From Auanema rhodensis (lineage: Eukaryota > Animalia > Nematoda): a stretch of 64,000 nt of DNA. The stretch lies in the NCBI GenBank assembly GCA_964057225.1, contig OZ059899.1, positions 13,640,001-13,704,000 of the forward strand, written 5' to 3'. Made by a program: the position numbers and the translations under genes. How positions within the stretch are numbered: position 1 is the first letter of the stretch; every line of letters begins with the position of its first letter. Shown here piece by piece: positions 12,997 to 25,615 of the stretch. The notes beneath the pieces are model-generated. The model searched no databases. It saw only the letters and a list, made by a program, of their open reading frames with translations, and had not been told where the DNA came from.

Positions 12997-13288
12997 ATAG
13001 GGTAGGGGTGGGTGCGATAATGATGTATAATCATTAACTATAACGGCTTTTCCCCTTAATTATACATATATATATATACATATATGTATATCAACTAACT
13101 ATAAATATGATACAGATCCATTATCTTTCGTTATTTGCTTGACGTTCATCACTTTCATTATCCAGATTTGAAATTCAGAATATGGATTTACCTTATACTA
13201 TATGAATAAGATGAATTAGCTTCAACAGTTTACAGTTTCCTCGAGCTCTGTGAAGTAAAAGACGAAGAGAGAGATAGAGGGAGAGATA

Positions 13289-13333
<45 letters not shown>

Positions 13334-14205
13334 GCTATAAAGAATATGTATATAATTACTAAACCATATATTGGATAAAAAAACTGTTTAAACCTAAAGA
13401 GAATTAGAGATATTCATAACCAGTTGTACATCTCATTTTTCCAAATCCATGTATCACACAGCCAATTAAACCGATGATATATCCGTTTTCAAAACTTATG
13501 TAGAAGTTACGAGAATGAAGAGAAACAAACAGACATCTGATACAACTATATCAAAGAGCAGTTTACGTTCAATTTTTTATAAAAAAAATTTTAAATGATC
13601 TGAGATCATGATGGTGAGGATGATTAGCTTATAAGCTTATAGTTCCTCCAATAGATGAATGAGAGGTGAGATTGTTGGAAGTTTCGTTACAATTCGAGAA
13701 AAGCTAATGATCCTTAGATTGAAAATGAGTAAATTGGCTTTGCATGAGAGAATCAAGGTCAAGTTCGCTTAAGGCTAGAACTTCACACGCATATTAGAAG
13801 GTAGGATCAAATGGGGCTTCTATATGAAGGCCATTCAGGTAATAATCCAGTAATATACACCGGAATTCCTTTTTTTCATTTAAAAAAGGTTAGAAATCAT
13901 ATGCAAAAAAGGAAGTGTTTCAAGGAAAATCTATTGTAACAAGCTAAAATCTTAGTTTGTTAGTTGAATCTTCAGAAGATGAGATGACTTGAGAAGAATC
14001 AGAAGAAGAACAAGAGAATTGAAGAGATGATACATTTAAAAAAATTCGTTTATATGATATGATACTGATATTGCATTAACTATTAAGGTAAAGTTGTAAA
14101 CAAACTAACCTCGAATGAACAGGTTGGAATCTGACGAACTGAGCGGGCTGATATGGATGTGAGCTGAATGACAGCAAGAAGGAAAAGAGATAATCTTCGT
14201 CTCAT
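6706..14205 (-). CDS. Secreted protein with two DOMON domains, a Ser/Thr/Glu-rich mucin-like linker and a C-terminal Cys-rich module
   Basis: Signal peptide [25 protein letters not shown]1: YSLSWEYD...FWSGVYFG...TDVIG...EFARPL. DOMON2: [12 protein letters not shown]...[12 protein letters not shown]|DMDLVV. Low-complexity exons at 7000-8880. C-terminus [13 protein letters not shown]...WK|ACKLL...[10 protein letters not shown]. Internal exon boundaries in the linker are less certain. Confidence 0.8.
7404..7575 (-). repeat. 54-bp coding tandem repeat (~3.2 copies; [18 protein letters not shown])
   Basis: Near-identical units GAAGGAGAAGAAGAATCTACTGGCATAACTGGAGCAGAAGATGCTACAGTAGGC on the + strand. 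Confidence 0.9.
11461..11513. repeat. (TC)n microsatellite (intronic)
   Basis: Directly visible. Confidence 0.95.
12918..12992. repeat. (GA)n microsatellite (intronic)
   Basis: Directly visible; further tracts near 13267-13331 and 31168-31211. Confidence 0.95.
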
Positions 14206-16671
14206 GATAGCTGGATATAAGAGTATGTATATGTGTGAATAGTATATATATTTGGATATATGTGTAGGTGTAGTGATGTGCTGTAAGTCTGGAATGAGGA
14301 GAAGCTTTAGCTTTTCAAAGTATTTCTAATAAGATATAAGAATGAATGAGGAAGTTGCAGATGAGAGAGAAGTAAGATCACACCCAACTGATGGAAATTT
14401 ACGACTAAGAATGACTGGAATGAAATTCAGATATGATGTGGAAAGTGAGAATCACCAACACATACACACACACATATACACAGAAGCAAGGATGGACTTG
14501 AAAGGGGCTGGGTCTGGCTCAAGTTGACTGGCTCCGCCCCAAACATTTAACACGCTTCTGTATTCATTATAGAAGTCTAGCCCTTTCACTGTATTAACAA
14601 GTATAGAATAGAAATGAGAGATAGAGGGTGAGAGAGAGAGAGAGAGAGATGTAGAAATAGAACCAATATAAGTTTTGATGAAAAGGGTAAGTAATTAAGC
14701 TATGTCATAATTTCATAATATTTTTAGAAATTCTGGAGACGAAGTACATCAACACCTTAACTTTACCTCCAATTTAGGAAAAAAAGTTGAAGAGGCCTCT
14801 AAGAACTTTTTGTTATTATTATTGACAAGAAGTACAGCACAAGCATAGTTTCAAGTTTTTTTTTCGCGAAAAACTCGAGGACATAGGTAAACAGCTGGAT
14901 GGCTGCCCTTCGTTGGGACTTCTTTTTCATTTCTTATACGGTATAGTTAGAAATTGAAGAGCTAAGATAATTGAGGTGCAGATCAAGATTATATAGGTTA
15001 AAAATAAGGAAAAAAGAAGAAAGAAGGAGAGAGGGGTGAAGGGTAGAAGGGACCTGTTTGGAAGAATGGTAAAAGCATGGATATGAAGAAAAGAAACGAC
15101 ATAAGATTATAGAAAGAAAGGGATGACAGCAGACATCCGAAGCCAAAAAAAGAAAGGCAAGAAGCCGACTCTCCTTTCGTCATCATCATCATCATCATAG
15201 TCGTCTTCTCTTGCTTTCGGAATAGAAAAGTCAACAAGTGTGTCTGAGGGCATCATTAGTCTTCTACTACCAATGGGTAGACAAGGTCGACACGAACCGG
15301 GTCTCGCATATAGTGTGAGGAAGCAAAAACAGATTCATCTCAGGAAAGTCCCTCCTCTCTCTCTTTCTCTCTACGTATTTCTCTCTCTATATGTACCTTG
15401 TATATACAGCCATTTACACTAACCCATCATTCATTCATCCATATTTGGAACGGATTTCGAAGCTTTGTCTTTATACTCTTCATTCATTGCTTATTTCTCT
15501 GTATCTGACTGTCTCACCTGAACTTTTCTTAGGAAAAGGCAACAATACATGTTTCTTCTCAACTATCATCTGATTCCTCCACTTTCATTAAGAATCCCTT
15601 CATCTTAGCTACATCTTTGGAGATAATTGTCATTCTATATATCTAGTGGTATCTTAAAAAGAAAAGATAATTACTTACCTTAAAAAGGTTATTCAGACAG
15701 CAATCTTCTTAATATTTACTCAAATCGAAGAGAGAAAATTGAAAAGTAACCAGAATTACAAGTTATTAGAACTCTTTGAACGATCCGAATGACTCAATAA
15801 CATCAAAGATCACTAATCAGATTATTAGACATATATCTATATCATGCTCAAAAGGTTGATTTGATCTATAATATTGATATTTAACTTATTTCGGATCAAA
15901 ATACAACTTTGTCTACCTAAACACATACTTGTTTCATCTCGATCTCGTCAAAACTGCATTTTATGATGGATTAATCTAGCTTATTGTATATTTCGAAACG
16001 AGAATACATTACTATAATTCAAATATTAGCTGCGATAATGATTATGATGAGGAGGATGTTTATAAGTTTAACTTAATCAGTTTCATTTTCCATATAGGAA
16101 ACTAAAACTTGTTCTGAAAAATTGTTTCATAACTGGTTTGAATGGGAGAAATGAAAAGAAAATTTCATCTAATCACTTCCAAGTGTTTGTTTATCTTTTC
16201 ATAACTGTCCAACAAACTTTTAATTTGTCCCAAAAACTTACGGCTCCGTTGAAACCATTCGAGTTTTTTTCTGTTCTTCACAACTCCCCCCCCCCCCTTC
16301 TCTAGCCACTTGATTTAACTTTATTAATTGCAAAAAACTTCTTAATGGCATGTTTACAAACAACTTTTACTAATAAAGTTTTCTATAATTTTCTGTTAAG
16401 TAATACTGAAATTTTATAAAAAGTATGGTTGATCATATGTCTAGGGGTCTAGTCTTAAAAGCTGGACTACAAGGTTCAGTTGTCACATTGTTTTCCGGTT
16501 CGTTTCATTGCATCATAATACGTTTTTCTCAAAAAAAATTGGGACACTACTCTACAAAAAGATGACATTTAGATACAAAAAACTTATTTGTATAATGGGA
16601 AACATTTATTTCTCTTTCAATTTATTGTTTTTCTTTGTTTCAGTAGTTTCAAGTTAAAATGCAAAACACTA

Positions 16672-16744
16672 AGCCCACGGCCGGGATCGAACCGACAATC
16701 TTCTGATTAGAAGTCAGACGCCTTATCCATTAGGCCACGCGGGC
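16672..16744 (-). tRNA. tRNA-Arg(TCT)
   Basis: GCCCGCG-TGGCCTAATGGATAAGGC-GTCTGA-CT[TCT]AA-TCAGA-AGATT-GTCGG-TTCGATC-CCGGC-CGTGGGC-T gives a full cloverleaf with A and B boxes. Confidence 0.96.
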
Positions 16745-17156
16745 GCACGCTCATGGTAGAAGTGGCAAGGTCTAGTACATCATGCAAGCCCCTGGCGAAA
16801 GTTTATTGAAATAACACAAAAAATGTGTTTCAAATCACCAGTATAAGAAGAATTTTCAACGAAGATTTATTTAATTTTCTTTAAAAATTATATATAAACG
16901 ACATACGTAGATATGAATAATTTCATCATCATATGCAATGTCGATGTGGAAGTCAACATCGAAATATTTCGCTCCCAGCAATTTACGAGAGACGGAATAT
17001 TTCAATGTTGGCTTTCAGATGACACAGATTATCAAAAACTTCATAATTAGCACATTTAAAGAATGAAAATATGATTTGAAAGAATTATTCCAAGTTATGA
17101 GCACAGTTGACCACAGCTTCAACATGACAAATTCAAAACATAATTCAATTAACCTT

Positions 17157-20100
17157 CTAATAGTATGCAGGATGTGAATATGGGGGATTGATATTGGGAG
17201 GCATCAAAGGCACAGTTATACCAGGATTTAAAACATTAGAGCTCGAGAGATGAACCGGAACTTGAGGATTAGGATATGGCATGAAATTATTTGAATGTCC
17301 TAGTATAGGAGGAGGAGGGCCGAGAATGTGTGTCGTAGGTAAAACTGATCCATAAAAGCTTGGAGGAGGATAAGGCGGAACTGGAGCAATACAAGTGGAA
17401 AAGAGAGATGGTATGGAAGATTTATCTTCCTTGTGATTTATCTGTAAACAAACATTAACCAGAAGAAATTCAAAACAACATACGTCGGAACGTTGCCGTG
17501 ATCCGTCCAGAACAGGGAAAAGTTCTTTACACTCAACGATGGCTCTTCTAGCCGCTTCCATTTCAGCCGCGTGCATATTACCTGCCTCACCAACAGCTAG
17601 CCTTTTTTCACTACAATCACAATCTTCATTCAAATCTTAGCATGATGAACATACCGGAAATATACAGCAACTTTATAACGACGAGTATTTGACGGACCTT
17701 CAGCAGAAATGACCCTGAACAGTAAAAATAGTCAAACACATATCAAAGAATCTCTTACCTATAGGTAGGCATTGCCGGCTCTTTTGATTCCACATTTCTC
17801 ATAGTTAAACAAAGCTGTTGTAACTGAGATTTGGGATCATTCCATTTATTAGCTTCAATGAACAACTGAAATCAAATTTACATTAACTGACGAATAATAG
17901 AAGAATACTTACTTTCAAACGGGGCAAAAAGCAAACTTTGATGAAGGCTTTGCATACGCCAAGACCACCATCCAGATATAATGCTCCGATGAAAGCTAAA
18001 GAAGATACTAGCTAAATAATGTAATGTAAGAATTACCTTCCACTAAATCAGCTTTATCTTTAGTACGTAAATTAGCTGAATCTCTATTTCCTGGAGGTTT
18101 GATCAGATACTCACTCATATTAAGGTCATCACATATAACTGACTAGAAAATTGAATAATTAATCAAATTTAAGAAACATCTTTAAGAGTTTCTTACTTGA
18201 GTTTTGTTGCTAACAATACAAGTACGAAGAAGAGATAAATGTCCTTCATGATGATAAGGGAAATGTTTGTACAAATAATCAGTAACAAGAAGTTGTAGTA
18301 CGGTATCACCGAGCCACTCCAGTCGTTGATTATTACCTCTGAAAAGAGTAAAGTGAGAAATTTAGAGAAGAAATTGAAGAATTACTTTGATATGCAATTA
18401 TATGGAACATTTCTACGAGTGAAAGCTTTAGCTAATAATCTAATATGTTTAAAACGGAATCCAATTGAATTTTCGAAGTTGGTTAAATGTTGTAAAACTT
18501 CAAACATGGGGATAAGCTCACGGTCTCCATCTTTGTATTCATCACACTGAAAATAGTAAAATGACTACCAAGTAAATGAGAATAATGTTATACTCTGAGT
18601 TCTTCATCTGGTACGTTAAGCCAGCGGTGAAGATCTTCTGGTTCTTTTCCGAACATAGCGTCGGAAAATAATTTATCACACTTATCGATACCAGCATCCA
18701 AGTAAACAGCTGCCATAATAGCTTCAAATGAATTTGCAAGAGCATGTCGAAAATCGGATTCATGACACAAATCTGGGCCATGAGCAAACAGTAACCAGTG
18801 TTGAAGACCAATATTCTAAAGAGAACTAGATCAATGCTTATAAGATTCAACAAGGAATACCTGAGCTAAAGCAGCAAGATTTCGATTTTGAACTAAAGCA
18901 CTTCGATATGTGGCCAAAACACCTTCGTTGTGCAGTGGCAAAATCAAATATAGTCTGACTGAGACAACCATTTCAACAACGGCATCTCCAAGATATTCCA
19001 ATCGTTCGTTGTGAGTTATAGGAGATATTACAGATTTGCTTTGACCAGATAATGACATAATTTCAATAAGACGGAAAATTCCTGAAGGAAAATACAGTTA
19101 AATTCTTTCTTAATAGACTTCTTACCTCGTTTTTTCTCTCGTTTTTCGTCAAGTATGGAATATTTCCGTTTATATCCGCAATTTAATAAAGTATTTTTAG
19201 CATGATCAACAGTTGTACCATAATTTTGCTAAAAATAAGAACGAATTGTGCTTAGAAACAATAACAATCTAAGTAAACCTTAAAAGAAGGATGTGTTAGA
19301 GCCAATTCCAACAGTGTTCTATTTTGAAAACTATGATTAATTCGTTTTTCCAGAACCTGCAATTCACGATTGAAACTTGAAATAGATTTGTAACATACTT
19401 CAAAAGACCAGTGGAGCCTAGCATGTTGGCAAGCCAATAGTATTACAAGTGAATGAGGTACAATATCAGGATACAAGCCTATTTTATAAAAGAGATCAGA
19501 AGGTAGGGTAACCGTAGCACATCTGATATTGTTGCTAAAATAATTATTTTAAATATTTACTGAGAAAAAAAAGAAGTGAAAGATATACCTCTTGCTTTTC
19601 AGTGATTCTATTTTCAATTGTAAATTTTCTATTTCCAGCCTAACTTGTTCAGAAACATTTTTCTTAACAGCATATAGATGACGCATCTTGCTAAGTCTTT
19701 TGGTGAGACGATGCAACTCAGGATTATGCACAGCAAGATATGCCAAAGGTCTGGAAAATAAATTTTAAATATTATTAAATAAATTTTTGTTTTGATTACT
19801 TTAATGTATTCTGAATAACTTGAATATCTCTTGTTTCTGGACTACGTTGAAAACTATCTACACGAATAGCAGAAGGTTTCTGAAAAGTGAATAACTAAAA
19901 TTTTATTATTCTGTCACTATATACCTTTGAAGGGCATACCAGTATCTGATTTTTTTCTCTACTAATAAATTTTCGGAATTGTTCTTCTGTAGACTGAAAT
20001 AAAATATGTTAATGCAACTGTGAATATAAATTTCAATACATTCAACAGGAAGGATCTATCTTCATTGGCCAAGAAAGGCTTGAATGAAGTCAACAAATGC

Positions 20101-22101
20101 TCAATAACCTTATTCATACCAAGAAGTTCTGTTCGTCCTTCTATAAAGATAAATATTTTAAATAGATATACAAAAAGTATGATTATACCTCTTTCCATGA
20201 CAAAACGGGGCATGATATGGAAATATGGACAGCCTTCACCTTCCGGTACATCATTCGGATATCTACTAACATCAAAAAAATCCAGAATATCGTCAAAAAC
20301 ATAATTGTAGAAAGCTTCTAGTTCACCAATTGTAAAAGACTTCAATATATATTTTTAGAATTTAAATAAATGGCTTAATGACTTACACTAGGCATTGGTT
20401 CTTTAATAAATTCAAATTCGAAATCAGAAGTCCATCTTGAAGATGGCATAGAAGGAAACACATCAGGCAAGGGACGATGGAATAATACCTTAATTGAAAA
20501 AAATAGTTGTTAGAACATGAGTTTCAATTACCGAGTAACCATCAAATTTATAAAATCCGTTGTCATGATAAATTTGAGATCGAGGAAGTCCAAAGGTATT
20601 TATTGGAGCTCCAACTTTGAGCACATAATGATATAACTTATCATGATTACTAAAACAATATGTAATTGGATAATAAAGTTGAAACATACTTTGTGTTGAG
20701 GTCACACGAAGGAATGTACTGTTCACCCATATATTTACTATGTCGTAGCCCTTCTCTACGAGCTCTAATAGAACACCTACAGACAGGACCATCATTCGAC
20801 TGTAAAATGAAAATATAATTGAAATAATTCAGATATAGAGCATACCATTCCCTTTTCATTGAATATAATATCAGGACTTAAAGCTGCTGCATGATTTTGT
20901 TTCCTATCAACCTCTTTTCTCAACATTTCTAGATTTCTTTGACGATCGGACAGTTTATCATTCTCATCGCCTTCATCTTCAGAAGATGAATCAGAAGAGC
21001 CGTCATCATGTCCACCTATAAATCCGTTTTTAGTTTAAACAGAAACTGTGAGTGAAGCCTACATTTGCACTTGTGATGAAGAGGAGGTGTAGGAGAACGC
21101 GGAACTTCAACTTGTGAACTTTTGTGTAATTTAATAGTTCCTAATACGTTTTCTTTAAATCGAACAAGATTATCTTGGCTTGTAGCCGTCAAATGAGCAA
21201 CTTCATCAATCTATAAGTAATATGTTGGGTATAATGTAATAATATTTTTATTTCTTACCACATTATAATCACAACAAACAGGAAACGCCGAGGATGGAGT
21301 TTCTTTGACTTTCATAATACTAGGATCAAAATCATATTCATCTAATACAATTTCTTCTTTTAATTCTTTTTCACCTAACAAAGGAACATCTGAAATATGA
21401 ATAATAATAGAAATCGATAAAATTTCTTAATCACCGTCGAAAAATTGTGGTCTTCCGTCATTATTAATTGATGAACTAGTATGCTAAAATTCAAAACAAA
21501 TTAGAAAAGATGAAACAAATCTCGACAAACCACCGGGACTTCTCCTTTCTCACATGAATTATTTGTATGGTTTTCCAATAATTCTTCGAACTTATCGTCA
21601 TCTTGATTTTTTCCTTTCTTCTTTTTCTTTTGCTCATGTTCTTTAGCTTCCTCGACTAGTTCTCCCAACGTTCTAGCAGTTGACCTCCTCTCACTTTCCC
21701 TTTCAGATACCTAAAATGCAAAATTACCCTAGAGAAAAGAAGAATAAGAGTTACATGTCGTTTCCTCCTTCGCTTCTTTGATTTTGAGTGTTTATCATCT
21801 TTATCATTAATTTGATCATTGGGCGGAGGAGGACAATCTCTTGGTTGATGAGAATAATCTGCTAAAAACTGAAACTTATACCAAAACAATTAAGAAAAAC
21901 ATACCCCTGTATTGACCCGATGGGGGAAGCCAATTATTTACTGATGTTACCGGCACAGGAACAGCATAGGGAACAAATAAAACCTTCAAAGAACACAAAA
22001 TTTTGAATACGCTCAACTTATCTTACATTATTATGACCATTTTGAGGGTACTGGCTATGAACGGGAGGAAAAGGAGGAGGGAATTGAAATTGATTATTCA
22101 T
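17157..22101 (-). CDS. drsh-1: Drosha (class 2 RNase III), multi-exon
   Basis: RIIIDa [14 protein letters not shown], RIIIDb [12 protein letters not shown], ds[14 protein letters not shown]...[14 protein letters not shown]...AEMEAA, Drosha central domain NDGPVCRCS...[11 protein letters not shown] motif. TTTTCAG acceptor about 30 nt before the ATG. Confidence 0.96.
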
Positions 22102-22780
22102 AAGCTAATCATAAGAGTTGGCAAAATACCTGAAAACATGTAGATGGAGTACAAAATATGATTTCTAACAAGTTTAAGATTCTATGTGTATTTTTATGTC
22201 ATTTCAACAAATATAAATGAGCAATATAAAAGTAAATATGTGCAAAACAGTGCATTATTCTCCATTTGAAATCCTTGATCAATATGATCTGCGTTCTAGA
22301 GAAACCAAATGTTTTTGAGCACAGTTCGCTTTTAAATTCAAAGTACCAGCCTCTAAAGGAATCTCTAACTGTATAAAGTTTTCAAAAAAACAGTATCTAT
22401 TTACATATTTTTAAATAAAACATTTGTTGTCATTGAAAATGTATACGTAAATTTACGTACGCGAATTGTTCAGAAAAATTCAAATAGAATCTGAATGTAA
22501 AACAAATTCTTTTTATTTATTTCAATATTAAAATTATTAAAAAATGTCAAATAATTGTTTGTGTTAATTAATTATAGCATGAAAATAAGAATTTATTCAA
22601 ATAATGAGTAAAAATTAAAAAAAAGACAATAAAATAAATAATATACAACATTGTGATTTGTTCTAAGCACGACAGTACCCGTAAATGACATGAAATGTGT
22701 AAAGGATGTAAGGTAATAAGAAATAAGCGACAAAAATTAAGAAAGAATTCTAAAAAACGGTCAAATAAAATCAAAAAAAC

Positions 22781-25615
22781 TTATTTTCTAGCAATAAAGT
22801 CATTACTAATTGGACTATCACTCATACATATGCCTTTATTATTATAGAAAGGAGGGCAACATTGTGGTTCGTTACATCCTGCGATTGGAGTAGCAACTCT
22901 GAAAAAATCGGTTTAATGATTAATGAATGAGAAAATAATAAATTCAGGAACATACTTTGTGCAAACAGCTCCATTACATAATCGATTAGGTGATAATAAC
23001 TTGGCACAATGCTTATCTACCGGACAAGCTTCCATATTGCATGTACTAAACTCTTGTCTACGCCCGCTGAAAAGTTTAAAAAAGAATTTTGAAACTTTGA
23101 AATAATTTCTTGAAAAACAATGATGTAATACGTACTCGCAATTTTTGGTTCGGCATGTTCTGGCTCGTGACTTGATACCACATCCTCCACAGCTTCTGCT
23201 ACATTGTGACCATGGACCCCACTCTGACCATATGTCCGAACCAGCAATTGTTGTTGGAACAGCTAAATTAATTTAAAAAGCCTAAATACTAAAAGAAAAA
23301 TCTCTTACGGGTAGTAGTTCTCATTACAGGAGCAGGTGTAGTACGAGATGGAGCATCAGCTGAAAATACAGTATTTAAATATAAAATATGAATATGCTTA
23401 CTAGCTCGAGCACGAATTTTGAAACCAACATCACTAGATAAGGATGAACGGAAAATTACGATGGCATTATTGCTCTCCGAAACAATACTTTCTGAAGGCA
23501 TTTCATAACAACATAATCTGGAAAATAACCGTAGAATATGCAATTTCTCCTTAGATAATTTACCTGAATCCTGTATTTCTAAGATCTTTGGAAAGTTTGA
23601 GTTCAACGTAATCAACACAAGTTGTTGTGCACAAGAAAGAAAAATCTTCAATGAATTCTAATTCAATTCTTTTATCTTCTTGTGCCTTGAACGAAAATTA
23701 TAAATAGGAATTGAAGCTACTGGCATACCTTCAATAACCAAGAACATTTTTGATTCGGCTCGTACCCAGGGTCAGGGAAATCTGGAGAATTGAATTCAGC
23801 CCAATCTTCTTTCAATTCTAATATTCCTCCACATTCAGCATCTGTAACTCAACTCATAAAAAGATTTTGCAGTTAAGTTCATACTTTCTGGTGCTTCAGG
23901 CTCTTCACAAGTTTTTCCACCTAATCCGTTTGGACAGAGACATTCTGAGCATTTGCCGGGATGAGGATATCCACCATGCTTGCATTGATCGGCCGGAGTT
24001 GAAGCACATTTGTCTCAAATTCAGATATGATAATTTCATATTTTATGAAAATAAAACCTTTACAGTATGCCGTATTAATTGTTTGAATATCAAAAAATGA
24101 TAAAGTTTCTCTTTGTCCAATTGTTGATTGGTATAATGGATCTCTGAAAATTACATGAAGTTTCTGTTTTACTTTTGTTTTTAATAAAAATGCCTTGTGA
24201 TTAAAGTTTTGCTATTCTGATCAGAACTGAAAGCTGTACTTCCATAATGCATAACTGAGCCCAGATCATATGGTACTCCTAATGTATTAATTTCATCTTC
24301 TCGTGTTTGAAAATCAGAAATAAATGAAGGAAGTATATAGTCTTCTTGAACCTGAACTCAATATAAATTCTGGTAAATTAAAATATAAAAACCTTGATGA
24401 AACTAAGAGCATCAGGCCGACTTTGTTGATGCCACAATCCAAGAGCATGTCCAATTTCATGTTCAATAACACCCAACTGAAAAATAATTATAATAATGAA
24501 AGAACAGGTTAAATCATTGAAAACTATTCTAATACTAAACGATAAAAATAAAAATATTAGAATGAAAAAATACAAAACAGTAGGTCTTGGCCGGGATCGA
24601 ACCGACGACCTTCTGCGTGTAAAGCAGACGTGATAACCACTACACCACAAGACCCTATGAGAGCGCCGTCTCAGTACTCGACAACAAGACAGAGATAGTA
24701 GAAAAGACTTGAGCATACTTTCACGCAGCTTTCTCCTATAGACACACCCTGTCGTCCACCGTTACGTCCAATCATAGAATAGCATCTAGTAGAAAGAACA
24801 TCAAAAAACTAAAACATGGAATGAACTAACCCTTGACCTTTGAAAAATTCTAAATGGTCTTCTTCTTCGAATGCATCGGGAGCATTAAGAAAAGACAAAC
24901 AAGTAACGTTTTCCCAAAAACGAATGCCAGTAATAATCTGACGAACAGCATAGAAATCTTTAAATCGGAAAAGTTTTCATTGAAAATAAGAAAAATCTTA
25001 CCTAAGCTTTCATGAAATTTGTATTTAATAGGAAGTTCAAGCCATTTCTCTTCTTCATCAGAAACGAATGAGCGACGATCTATGATACTCAGTGGTAAAA
25101 TGCTTATGAGGAAACCTATTACCTCTTCCATCTTTTCTTTTTTTTTTCTCAATATGAGAAATACTTTTTAAAATTCCAATAGCTTGACTTTTTGATAGGA
25201 AGATGTCACCTAGAAAACAAAGTTGTAACTCAAAAACAAATGAATGAATTACCTTCAAATAGGTATGGACTAACTTCTTTCACAACAGCTGGTTGAGATT
25301 CACTAATAGAAACTTCTTTCTTTGAATCTTCTACAGCCTATAGAGCGTAATTGAAGAGAATTATACAGCATATACATTTTCTTACATCATTTCCAAAAAC
25401 TCTGTCGCCATATACTCGACGATGAGCCAACTTTTTCATTTTTAACAAAAGTGAGCTGACAGAATCAAGCTGGGAATCTTCTACTTTGAAGAAAGACTTG
25501 AAAAAACAATTATTTTCACATGAAATGATTAGCGAACCTTGAATTCATCTTTAGCATCTATTTGTGCATATGCCTCATATAGCATGAGAAAATACAAACT
25601 GTATCTGATGAGCAT
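22781..25615 (-). CDS. nas-36: Astacin metalloprotease with EGF, CUB and TSP1 domains (NAS-36-like)
   Basis: [17 protein letters not shown]|[23 protein letters not shown]; Met-turn [11 protein letters not shown]; [14 protein letters not shown]; EGF (CKHGGYPHP), CUB, TSP1 ([18 protein letters not shown]). Confidence 0.88.
24582..24654 (-). tRNA. tRNA-Val(TAC), inside nas-36 intron 24477-24718
   Basis: GGTCTTG-TGGTGTAGTGGTTATCAC-GTCTGC-TT[TAC]AC-GCAGA-AGGTC-GTCGG-TTCGATC-CCGGC-CAAGACC-T cloverleaf. Confidence 0.96.

Noticed and set aside
16940-16961. Hairpin downstream of drsh-1 as a Microprocessor autoregulatory substrate
   Set aside because: The stem is only 7 bp, far shorter than a pri-miRNA stem.
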